NCBI GenBank assembly: GCA_963765815.1 | Contig: CAVXXT010000008.1 | Span: forward strand, 178,666-242,665 | DNA length: 64,000 nucleotides | Source: an uncultured Actinomycetota bacterium | Lineage (GTDB): Bacteria; Actinomycetota; Actinomycetes; BP-191 | Direction of reading: 5' to 3' | Shown here: piece by piece, positions 8,705 to 16,353 of the stretch | Numbering within the stretch: position 1 is the stretch's first letter | How the letters are laid out: the number at the start of each line of letters is the position of its first letter | The notes under the pieces: model-generated | What the model saw: only the letters and a program-made list of their open reading frames with translations | What the model was told of the DNA's origin: nothing | Databases searched by the model: none | Position numbers and translations under genes: made by a program

Positions 8705-10372
8705 CTACGCCCAGGCGCCGAGCCAGTCGGAGCCCGGGATCGTCACGCCGTACGGCGCGAGCGGGCCGCCGTCCTTGGTGTACCAGGAGTGGCCGTACCA
8801 CTCGCTGGTGTACCAGGAGTGCCCGACCCACTGGCTGGAGTACCAGGAGTGCCCGGTCCACGGGTCCGTGTAGTCGCCGGCGCTGAAGCTGGTGCCCTGG
8901 CCGGTCTCGGTGCCCTTCACCCGGTCGCACTCGGGGTCGAGCAGCCGCTGGATGTCGTTGCACGGGGCACCGGTCGTGTACACGGTGCCGCGGCTGCCCT
9001 CGATCGTGCCGCGGAGGTCGCCGACCGGGACGACGCCGACGTTCGCCAAGCCCTCGGGCGCCGTGCGCGCGGCGGCGTAGGCATCGATGATGCCCGCCCC
9101 CACGGCAGCTGGGTCGGCGCCCGAGGGCCGGCGAGTGGTGGCCATCAGGGCGAACTTCACCCTGTCTGGGGACCACGTCGGGTTGGCCGCGCGGATCAGC
9201 GCGACCGCGCCGGAGACGACGCCGGTCGACATCGACGTACCGCTGCCCCGCCGGTAGACGCTGTCGATGCCGCCGCCGGGAGCGAGCTGCTCGACGGTCG
9301 AGCCGGGGGAGCGCAGGGACGCGACGCGCACGCCGGGCGCGGCGACGTCGGGCTTGGCGAGCTTGTCGGTCTTGGTCGGGCCACGGCCGGTGAAGGCGGG
9401 TACGAGGTCGTCGCCGACGCCGGTCGTGCTGCGGTCGTCGACCGAGCCGACCGTGATGACCAGCGGGTCGTCGGCCGGCTTGCTGATCGTGCCGGCGGCC
9501 GGGCCGCGGTTGCTGGCGGCGACGACGACCGCCAGGCCCGAGGTCCACGCGCGCTCGACGGCGTAGTTGAGCGGGTCGGTCTTGTAGCTGACCGGGGAGT
9601 CGGTGCCGAGAGAGAGGTTGAGGACCTTGATGTTGTAGTCGTCCTTGAACGACACCGCCCACTGGATCGCGGCCAGCACCTTGGAGACGTCGGCGCTGCC
9701 GTCGCGGCCGGCGATCTTGATGGAGACCAGCTCGGTGCGCGGCGCGACGCCGGGGTAGCGGTAGCCGGACTGCTTGCCGTCGCCGGCGATCAGCCCGGCG
9801 ATGAAGGTGCCGTGGCCGTAGCTGTCGTTGCAGGTCGACTCGCCGGAGAAGTTGACGCAGTCGACGAGGGCGCCGCTGCCGGTGGGTTCGGCGACCTTGA
9901 TGACGCGGCCGGCCAGGTCGGGGGAGGCGGCGATGCCGGTGTCGACGAGCGCGACGCGGACGCCCTGGCCGAGGTTGCCCTCCTTCCACAGCCGGTAGGC
10001 GTTGACCTCGCCGATCATCGGCGCGGCGGAGTTGGACTCCGACGGGCCGGTGGCGGTCTCGGAGACGGTGACCCGCTCGTCGGGGGTGACCGCGCGGATG
10101 CCGGGGGTGCGCTCCAGGCGGCGTACGGCGTCGGCGGGGACGCGGGCGGCGACGCCCCGGACGATCGCGAGCGGCGTCGTGACGCGACCGCCGGCCGCGC
10201 GGACGGCCGCGGCGGCGCCGGCCGGGTCGGTGCCCTGGACGATGACCGAACGCAGCGCGCTGCCGCGCTCCGCGTCAGGCGTGCGGGCGGCGGCGCTGGA
10301 GCCGACGAGGGCGACGGCGCCCAGCGTGGCGGCCGCGATGGCCCGGCGGATCTGCCGGCGCGAGATGGTCAC
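8705..10372 (-). CDS. Secreted S8 (subtilisin-like) serine peptidase with C-terminal GHSWY repeats
   Basis: 555 aa with a signal peptide. Triad motifs are VALVDTGI, HGTFIAGLIAG and GTSMSTGVVSG. GAGGAG lies upstream of GTG 10372. Confidence 0.9.
   Translation of the reverse strand: MTISRRQIRRAIAAATLGAVALVGSSAAARTPDAERGSALRSVIVQGTDPAGAAAAVRAAGGRVTTPLAIVRGVAARVPADAVRRLERTPGIRAVTPDERVTVSETATGPSESNSAAPMIGEVNAYRLWKEGNLGQGVRVALVDTGIAASPDLAGRVIKVAEPTGSGALVDCVNFSGESTCNDSYGHGTFIAGLIAGDGKQSGYRYPGVAPRTELVSIKIAGRDGSADVSKVLAAIQWAVSFKDDYNIKVLNLSLGTDSPVSYKTDPLNYAVERAWTSGLAVVVAASNRGPAAGTISKPADDPLVITVGSVDDRSTTGVGDDLVPAFTGRGPTKTDKLAKPDVAAPGVRVASLRSPGSTVEQLAPGGGIDSVYRRGSGTSMSTGVVSGAVALIRAANPTWSPDRVKFALMATTRRPSGADPAAVGAGIIDAYAAARTAPEGLANVGVVPVGDLRGTIEGSRGTVYTTGAPCNDIQRLLDPECDRVKGTETGQGTSFSAGDYTDPWTGHSWYSSQWVGHSWYTSEWYGHSWYTKDGGPLAPYGVTIPGSDWLGAWA
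8781..8866. repeat. Tandem 30-bp coding repeat (about 2.9 units) in the S8 peptidase 3' end
   Basis: TACCAGGAGTG recurs at 8781, 8811 and 8841. It encodes GHSWYSSQW / VGHSWYTSEW / YGHSWYTKDG on the minus strand. Confidence 0.7.
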
Positions 10373-10490
10373 TCTGCGTCACTCCTCGGTCACACTGGGT
10401 TCTCAATCTGGGCTGGTTACCCACGCTTTCGGAGCGCAAAACGGGTGATCTGAAGGAAAATTCGGGCATGTGGGGCGCGTTCGCACCCAC

Positions 10491-10551
10491 TTCCATGATC
10501 ATGAGCGCCTGGCAGCGCTCTAGGGCGACGCGGACGCTCATGATCATGGAA
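10491..10551. promoter_or_regulatory. Perfect 17-bp inverted repeat carrying two CATGATCATG palindromes, upstream of the S8 peptidase gene
   Basis: TTCCATGATCATGAGCG (10491-10507) and CGCTCATGATCATGGAA (10535-10551) are separated by 27 nt. The site is AT-richer than its surroundings and lies between the DsrE-like stop and the S8 start on the minus strand. Confidence 0.4.
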
Positions 10552-10578
10552 ATGGGGTGAGTGGCCCGAGCCGGGCCC

Positions 10579-10941
10579 CTAGTAGACGAGGGCCTGGGCG
10601 TCGGGTTCGAGCGCCTCGGCGACGAAGGCCTGCGCCCCGGCGACCCGCACCCCGGGCAGCACGTCCGCCTCGCCGATGCCGCGACGGGCCGCGCACTGCG
10701 TGCACAGGGTCACCTGCCCGCCGGCGAGCACCGCGTCGAGCAGGTCGGGCAGCGGCGTCGAGTGCGGCAGCTCGAAGTCCGCCGCCTTCCCGGGCAGCGC
10801 GAACCACGCCGCCTCCCCGGTCAGCCACAGCGACACCGGTACGCCGCTCGCGACCCCGACCGCCGCCACGGTGAACGCCTGCGCGCACCGCTCGGGCGCG
10901 TCGGCGCCGGCCGTCACCTTGATCACCAGGCTGCGTCCCAT
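10579..10941 (-). CDS. DsrE/DsrF-like family protein
   Basis: ATG 10941 (frame-checked) lies within a 325-aa track ORF. 120 aa: MGRSLVIKVTAGADAPERCAQAFTVAAVG...LCTQCAARRGI. The family call is tentative. Confidence 0.6.
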   Translation of the reverse strand: MGRSLVIKVTAGADAPERCAQAFTVAAVGVASGVPVSLWLTGEAAWFALPGKAADFELPHSTPLPDLLDAVLAGGQVTLCTQCAARRGIGEADVLPGVRVAGAQAFVAEALEPDAQALVY

Positions 10942-11026
10942 GCCGCGGAGGGTACGCCGGCACCGTGGTCGCCGGACCGCCAGCGCGGCGGCGTACCGTG
11001 CATCCCCATCGTCGAGGAGGCAGGCA

Positions 11027-12067
11027 GTGACGGCACGGCAGCGGATCCGAGCGGCAGTGGCCGCGGTGGCGCTCGCCGCTGCCTTCGCCCCGGCGAGCCT
11101 CGCGCCGGCCGCCGCCCAGACCCCGACCCCGCCGCCGAGCCAGGCCACGACGCCCGAGCCGGAGGGGATCGCGCTCTCGCCCAAGCCCGGCACACCGGGC
11201 CTCAGCTCGTCGGGAACGCACTTCGAGCTCGGCCAGGTGGGCATCGGCAGGCCGGTGCGCGGCACGCTGATCGCGCGCAACCTCGGCGAGAAGACGGAGA
11301 CGGCCGACCTGTACGGCGCCGACGCCGTCCCGGCCCGTGGCGGCGGCTTCGGCTTCACGCCGCGCGGCGAGGCGCCGATGGATGTCGGCGCGTGGATCCG
11401 GCTCGACACGAAGCGAATCACCTTGGCGCGACGGCAGGAGGCGACGGTCGGCTTCACGGTCGTCGTACCCAACGGCGCCACGGCCGGCGAGCACATCGGC
11501 GGCGTCATCCTCGAGCCGGTCGACCCGGCGTCCGGCGGGGCGGTGTCGATCGGCACCCGCGTCGCCGTCGGCGTCTACCTCACCGTCGGCGGGAGCGGCA
11601 GCGAGGCGCTGCACCCCGGCCTGACGATCACCACGGTGCGGGCCCCGCTGAGAGACGGCCGCGCCTGCCCGCACATCGCCTACACCAACAGCGGTACGTC
11701 GGTGCTCGACCCGACCGCTGAGATCTCGGTCGACCCGCTGCTGCCCGGGAAGACGAAGCGCTACCCCGCCGGCAAGGTCGGCGGAGTCGCGCCGGGCGCG
11801 TCGATCGAGGTCGACCTGCCGTGCGTGAACACCGTGCCGTTCGGCAAGTCGCGGATCACCGTGACCCTGAGGTACCCGGGCGGGTCGGCGGAGCGCGGGA
11901 CCGACGTCAACCGCTGGCCGTTCACCGTCGTGGCCGCCGGCTCGATCCTGCTGCTGCTGCTCCTCGGCCTGCTCTGGCTGTTCTTCCTGCTCAAGCGCCG
12001 GGACAAGGAGGAGGAAGAGGAGGAAGCGGAGGAGGGCGACGTACCGGTCGACGCCGGGACGGACTAG
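11027..12067 (+). CDS. DUF916/DUF3324-like cell-surface protein with C-terminal membrane anchor
   Basis: GTG 11027 is preceded by GAGGAGG (frame-checked). It has a signal peptide, a Pro/Thr linker, a two-part beta-rich body, a C-terminal TM helix ILLLLLLGLLWLFFLL and then KRRDKEEEEEE. Confidence 0.6.
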   Translation: MTARQRIRAAVAAVALAAAFAPASLAPAAAQTPTPPPSQATTPEPEGIALSPKPGTPGLSSSGTHFELGQVGIGRPVRGTLIARNLGEKTETADLYGADAVPARGGGFGFTPRGEAPMDVGAWIRLDTKRITLARRQEATVGFTVVVPNGATAGEHIGGVILEPVDPASGGAVSIGTRVAVGVYLTVGGSGSEALHPGLTITTVRAPLRDGRACPHIAYTNSGTSVLDPTAEISVDPLLPGKTKRYPAGKVGGVAPGASIEVDLPCVNTVPFGKSRITVTLRYPGGSAERGTDVNRWPFTVVAAGSILLLLLLGLLWLFFLLKRRDKEEEEEEAEEGDVPVDAGTD

Positions 12068-12190
12068 CCAAACCCCCCGGGTGGGCCCCTCGAATATGAC
12101 TCTGAGGGGCCATGGGGTTACCGACGGTGAGCACCGATGCTGGTCATCGAGCGCCGAACCGGTGCACAACCCCGCAATGGAGGAATCCCC

Positions 12191-12760
12191 ATGAACCGTC
12201 GTCAGGCCGCGGCCACCGCTGCATCGCTCGCCGCGCTTGCTGCGCTCGCCGCCACCCCCCAGGCCGCGTTCGCCGCGGCCGGCACCGGCTCGGTCACCGA
12301 CGTGCTCGTCGCCTCGGTCCTGCCGGGCGGGCTCACCATCGCCGGCGCGGGCGTCAACGTCGCGCTCAGCTCGACGCCCGGGGCGTTCAGCGACGCGGCG
12401 GGCACCACGCTGCTCACCATGACCGACACGACGGGTACGTCGAACGGCTGGGTCGTGACCGCGGCGTACTCCGTGCCGACCGCGGTGGGCGCCATCGACC
12501 TCGGCGGCGAGAACGTCAAGGTGACCACCAGCAGCGTCATTCCCGACGCCCTGCTCGTGCCGCAGCTCAGCCCGTCCGGCCTGAGCCCGGTGACCGACGC
12601 GGTGCTCACCAGCCCGGTCGCCGTCCTCACCACCGGCACCGCGACCGGCGCAGGCATCTCGACCGCGCGCGTCGGCTACAAGGTGAAGGTCCCGTCGAAC
12701 GCCCAGATCGGCGAGGTGTACGGCGGCAAGGTGACCTACACGATCGCCAGCGTCCGCTAG
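12191..12760 (+). CDS. WxL-domain-like secreted surface protein
   Basis: ATG 12191 follows GGAGGA (frame-checked). 189 aa with a signal peptide. SNGWVVTA and the C-terminal YGGKVTYTIAS resemble the two WxL signature motifs. It lies directly downstream of the DUF916-like gene. Confidence 0.6.
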   Translation: MNRRQAAATAASLAALAALAATPQAAFAAAGTGSVTDVLVASVLPGGLTIAGAGVNVALSSTPGAFSDAAGTTLLTMTDTTGTSNGWVVTAAYSVPTAVGAIDLGGENVKVTTSSVIPDALLVPQLSPSGLSPVTDAVLTSPVAVLTTGTATGAGISTARVGYKVKVPSNAQIGEVYGGKVTYTIASVR

Positions 12761-12918
12761 GACAGTTTCAAAAACCAGCTCGAACGTTGCGGTTGGTGAC
12801 GCTCAGCGGCTGACCGGTGGGCGCTCCGTTCACCGGCGACAGCTTTCCCGCGGGGTCGCCGAAGCGGCGCCGGCGACCGGACCGCCGACCGGTCCGCCAG
12901 ATGGTCCGTGTGGTCCGG

Positions 12919-14073
12919 TCAGTCTTTAAGCAGCTCCCGCGAGATGATCATCTTCTGGATCTCGGTCGTTCCGCCGCCGATCGACGCGAGCTTGGCGTCG
13001 CGCAGGGAGCGCTCGACCGTGAAGTCCTTGGTGTAGCCGTAGCCGCCGTGGATCTGGATCGCCTCGAGCGCGTTCTCCACGGAGACCCGGCCGATGACGG
13101 CCTTGGCGATCGACGCCTCGACCGAGTGCGGCAGCCCGGCCTGCTTGAGCCAGGCCGCGCGATACACCGACATCCGCGCGAGTTCGAGGTTGATCTTCAT
13201 GTCGGCGAGCTTGTGCGCGATCACCTGGAAGTGCGCGATCGGCCGGCCGAACTGCTCGCGCTGCTTCGCGTAGGCGATCGACTCGTTGAGGCCGGCCTGC
13301 ATGCCGCCGACGATGCCGGCGAGCATCACCGTGCGCTCCCAGTCGAAGCACTCGAAGGCGATCTTCCACAGCGCGCTGCCCTCGTCGCCGAGCATCGCCG
13401 AGTGCGGCACCCGGCAGTCGGTCAGCACGATCTCCGCGGTCGGCGACGACCGGCAGCCGAGCTTGTCCAGCTCCCGCGCGACGCCGAACCCCGGCGTGGT
13501 CGTGTCGACGAGGAACGCGCTGCAGCCTTGGCCCGGCCCGCTGTCCGCGTTGGTGCGCGCGAGCACGATGCACAGCCCGGCGATCGAGCCGTTGGTGATG
13601 AAGATCTTCGTGCCGTTGAGCACCCACTCGTCGCCGTCGCGTACGGCGATGGTGCGGATCGAGCCGGCGTCGGAGCCGGCCTCAGGCTCGGTGGACGCCC
13701 AGGAGCCGAGCATGGTGCCGTCGCAGAGCTTCGGCAGCCACTCCTCCTGCTGCTCGGCGGTGCCGTGCAGCCAGATCGGCACCGAGCCGATCACCCAGTG
13801 CGCGCCGAGCGACAGGCCGAGGCCGCCGTCGCGGCCTCCTTCGCCGATCGCCTCGTTGGCCAGGCAGCAGTCGATGATCGATCCGCCGGCGCCGCCGAGC
13901 TCCGCGGGGATGGGCAGCCCGGCGAGTCCCTGGCCGGCGAGCGACGTCCAGACCGCGGGGTCCCAGCGGCCCTCGCGGTCGCGATCCGCGGCGCCGGGCG
14001 CGACGACGTCGCGCGCCCAGGTGAGGACCGATGCGCGAAATGCCGTCTGCTCCGGCGTGATGGTGAAGTCCAC
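12919..14073 (-). CDS. Acyl-CoA dehydrogenase
   Basis: GTG 14073 (frame-checked) lies within a 626-aa track ORF. 384 aa, VDFTITPEQTAFR...WASTEPEAGSDAGS...IHGGYGYTKDFTVERSLRDAKLASIGGGTTEIQ, typical of the ACAD family. Confidence 0.9.
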   Translation of the reverse strand: MDFTITPEQTAFRASVLTWARDVVAPGAADRDREGRWDPAVWTSLAGQGLAGLPIPAELGGAGGSIIDCCLANEAIGEGGRDGGLGLSLGAHWVIGSVPIWLHGTAEQQEEWLPKLCDGTMLGSWASTEPEAGSDAGSIRTIAVRDGDEWVLNGTKIFITNGSIAGLCIVLARTNADSGPGQGCSAFLVDTTTPGFGVARELDKLGCRSSPTAEIVLTDCRVPHSAMLGDEGSALWKIAFECFDWERTVMLAGIVGGMQAGLNESIAYAKQREQFGRPIAHFQVIAHKLADMKINLELARMSVYRAAWLKQAGLPHSVEASIAKAVIGRVSVENALEAIQIHGGYGYTKDFTVERSLRDAKLASIGGGTTEIQKMIISRELLKD

Positions 14074-14123
14074 TGCCCCGCCCCGCTCTCGCCGTACCGG
14101 ATGTGGCGCGCTGCCCGAGGTGA

Positions 14124-14225
14124 CTACTCGCGGTGCCGCAACAGTCGCCAGATGGCGTAGGACGAACCGCCCGCAATCCCCGCGAAGACCGCAACCAGGA
14201 CGAGCGTGCTCGCCCATTGAGCCAT
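14124..14225 (-). CDS. Possible 33-aa small membrane protein (below ORF-track threshold)
   Basis: ATG 14225 to TAG 14124 encodes MAQWASTLVLVAVFAGIAGGSSYAIWRLLRHRE. It has one hydrophobic helix and a basic tail, with high GC3. There is no clear SD. Confidence 0.3.
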   Translation of the reverse strand: MAQWASTLVLVAVFAGIAGGSSYAIWRLLRHRE

Positions 14226-14398
14226 GAAACAACCCTAGTGGAGGACGTGGCAGGCCCGGATTGATCACCCGAAAGATGGGTCGTGGGGGTCTCGAAGATG
14301 GGCCCAGAAGGCTATGCGGTGGTCGGCGATGCGGGACGAAAGTCCTGTCACAAGCGAATCCCCGGGGGGATCGCGCCGCACTCCACGAAGGAGCCCAG

Positions 14399-15025
14399 AT
14401 GTCCTCGCTCAGCCTCAAGGCCAAGGTCCTCGTCACCGTCGCCGCAGTCGGGACTGCTGCCGGTGTTGCCGGGCTCGGCACGTTCGGTACCTTCACCGAC
14501 ACGACGAGCGCCTCCACGTCGGTCGACTCGGGCATCGTGGACCTCAACCTCGGCGCTGTGGGTGCCGCCAACCGGCTGACCGTCGCCGCGACGGACATCG
14601 TCCCGGGCGACACCATCCAGCGCGCCTTCAACCTCTCCAGCGGCACCAGCACCTCGCCGCTCGGCTCCGTCGCCCTGACCAGCGTCGCGTCCACCAGCTC
14701 GCTGCTCGACTCCGACGCCACCAACGGCCTGCAGATGAAGATCGAGAAGTGCTCGCTGGTGACGGGCTGGGTCGAGACCGGCATCTCGCCGGCGTACACC
14801 TACACCTGCCCGCTCGGCACCGTCTCGACCGTCGTCGCCTCCCGTGCCGTGATCGGCAGCGGTGTCGCGGTCACCGGCCTCGACTCGCTCAGCACGGCCG
14901 GCGCGAGCGACGCCCTGAAGATGACGCTGACCTTCCCGAGCACCGCCGGGAACACGCTGCAGGACAAGGCGAGCGTCATCGACTTCACGTTCACCGGCAC
15001 GCAGCGCGCCGCGACGGACAAGTAG
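14399..15025 (+). CDS. TasA/camelysin-like exported protein with SipW-dependent-type signal peptide
   Basis: ATG 14399 follows GAAGGAG (frame-checked). 208 aa. The N-terminus ...AAGVAGLGTFGTFTDTTSAS matches the TasA-class signal ending in G-T-F-x-x-F-T-D. Confidence 0.65.
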   Translation: MSSLSLKAKVLVTVAAVGTAAGVAGLGTFGTFTDTTSASTSVDSGIVDLNLGAVGAANRLTVAATDIVPGDTIQRAFNLSSGTSTSPLGSVALTSVASTSSLLDSDATNGLQMKIEKCSLVTGWVETGISPAYTYTCPLGTVSTVVASRAVIGSGVAVTGLDSLSTAGASDALKMTLTFPSTAGNTLQDKASVIDFTFTGTQRAATDK

Positions 15026-15041
15026 TCCGCTAGCCAGCCAG

Positions 15042-15090
15042 CCCACCGAGGTGGGGGTCGCCCGACAAGGGCGGCCCCCACCTTCGGGGG
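15042..15090 (+). terminator. GC-rich stem-loop(s) after the TasA-like gene
   Basis: GGGGGTCGCCC (15053-63) pairs with GGGCGGCCCCC (15069-79): 11 bp including one G-U, with a 5-nt loop. An alternative CCCCC/GGGGG hairpin follows. There is no U-tract. Confidence 0.4.
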
Positions 15091-15115
15091 TTCGAGACCG
15101 AGGGAGGTGTACGGC

Positions 15116-15775
15116 GTGACCGTGATGCAGCTGCCGGGGCACGGACGGGTCAACCGACCGCCGTCGCTCCGGTTCGGTGTGTCCCGGCTCAGTGTCCGTG
15201 ACCTGCGTGCGCTGGCCCGTGTCCCCGGCCCCGCGCACGGCCTCTTCCGTCCGCGCAAGCGCCCGATGCACGTGCTCGGCGTACTCGGCCTCGACGTCCT
15301 CATGCTGGTCGGCATCGTCGCCTTCGCCGCCCTCGGGATCGGGCCGCACGTCGCCAACTACCGCACGCTGACGATGCTGACCGCGAGCATGCGGCCGTCG
15401 TTCCCGCCCGGCTCGATCGTCGTAGTCACCGAGGCGCCGGTGTCGACCCTGCGCGCGGGCGACGTCATCACCTTCCACGCGCCGATCGAGGACCGCCGGG
15501 TCGTCACGCACCGCGTGGTCGAGGTCAACCGGGTCGGCGACGTGACGAAGGTCATCACCAAGGGCGACGCCAACAACGCCAACGACCCGTGGGGCGAGTT
15601 CGCGATCAAGGGCTCCACCGTCTGGAAGGCGCGCGGCGACGTGCCGCTCGCCGGCCACGCGCTCGCGAGCCTGCGCCGACCCCAGGTGCAGCTCGTCATG
15701 ACGCGCGGGCTGCCGCTCGCGCTGCTGCTCTGGTTGCTCGCTTCCGTCTGGCGGCGAGATGACGCGCCGGCGTGA
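15116..15775 (+). CDS. Signal peptidase I, SipW / archaeal-ER type (S26B)
   Basis: In-frame GTG 15116 lies 8 nt after GGGAGG (the track ORF begins at 15107). Motifs are LTASMRPSFPPGS (Ser box), VTHRVVEV (His box) and TKGDANNANDP. Confidence 0.8.
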   Translation: MTVMQLPGHGRVNRPPSLRFGVSRLSVRDLRALARVPGPAHGLFRPRKRPMHVLGVLGLDVLMLVGIVAFAALGIGPHVANYRTLTMLTASMRPSFPPGSIVVVTEAPVSTLRAGDVITFHAPIEDRRVVTHRVVEVNRVGDVTKVITKGDANNANDPWGEFAIKGSTVWKARGDVPLAGHALASLRRPQVQLVMTRGLPLALLLWLLASVWRRDDAPA

Positions 15776-16199
15776 CATCGGCCGGACGACCGCGGTGCTG
15801 CTCGTCGGCGTCGCGGTCTTCACCGCTGTCCCGGCCTGGGCCGGCTACACCGATCAGACCGCCACCGCGTCGATGAGCGTCACGTCCGGCGTCCTCGCGC
15901 CGCCCACCGCACCGGCTGCCGTCGCGAGCTGCGTCGGGACCATCGTGAAGCTGCCGCGCGTGACCGTCTCGTGGACGGCGACAGCGTCGACGTACGCGAC
16001 GGGCTACGCGATCATGCGGCTGACCGCGGGTGCCTACGTGCAGATCGGCACCGTGAGCGGCCGCACCACGACGTCGTACGCCGACAACACGGTCGCGCTG
16101 GGGACGACGTACACCTACAAGGTGCGCGCGACCTTCCAGAACTGGTACGCCGAGACCACCGGCACAGCGAGCGCCACCACCGCCCTCGTCTGCCTCTAG
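15759..16199 (+). CDS. Exported FnIII-like protein with TasA-class signal region
   Basis: 146 aa, overlapping the peptidase gene by 17 nt. It has a signal anchor, then AWAGYTDQTATASMSVTSG. SWTA...GYAIMR...TSYADNTVALGTTYTYKV looks FnIII-like. Confidence 0.5.
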   Translation: MTRRRDIGRTTAVLLVGVAVFTAVPAWAGYTDQTATASMSVTSGVLAPPTAPAAVASCVGTIVKLPRVTVSWTATASTYATGYAIMRLTAGAYVQIGTVSGRTTTSYADNTVALGTTYTYKVRATFQNWYAETTGTASATTALVCL

Positions 16200-16222
16200 C
16201 CGTCCCCGCCCCGCCCCCTCTC

Positions 16223-16278
16223 CCGAACTGTGCGAGAGCTCGAGCACGCGCACCGTCGGGGGCGACACACAGTTCGCG
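16223..16278. repeat. Palindromic intergenic element, copy C
   Basis: The arms are CCGAACTGTGCG (16223-34) and CACACAGTTCGC (16266-77). The centre GAGCACGCGCACCG is the reverse complement of the copy B centre. It follows a stop codon and a C-rich tract. Confidence 0.65.
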
Positions 16279-16353
16279 GAGCGCGGCCGGGCTCGGTCCA
16301 CAGATCGGCAGCATCGGCGGGGCCCCCACGCCGGTGCGCACGACCATGGCCGG

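Noticed and set aside
6315-9989. 1224-aa minus-strand ORF in the track, which looks like a giant protein
   Set aside because: The first ~430 aa are Arg/Pro/Gly-rich low-complexity sequence read from an alternative frame of the S8 peptidase gene (8705-10372). A clean start (ATG 8696, MSRPRLIWLYV...) gives a coherent 793-aa sensor phosphatase.
10544-12169. Long antisense or alternative-frame ORFs. Examples are 10544-12169, 24126-25508, 47199-48494, 58833-60044, 54950-56590, 60082-61494 and many 100-400 aa ORFs throughout the window.
   Set aside because: Their translations are dominated by Arg, Pro, Gly and Ala runs with no motifs. They overlap genes with clear family signatures. This is typical stop-codon-poor shadow ORF behaviour in high-GC DNA.
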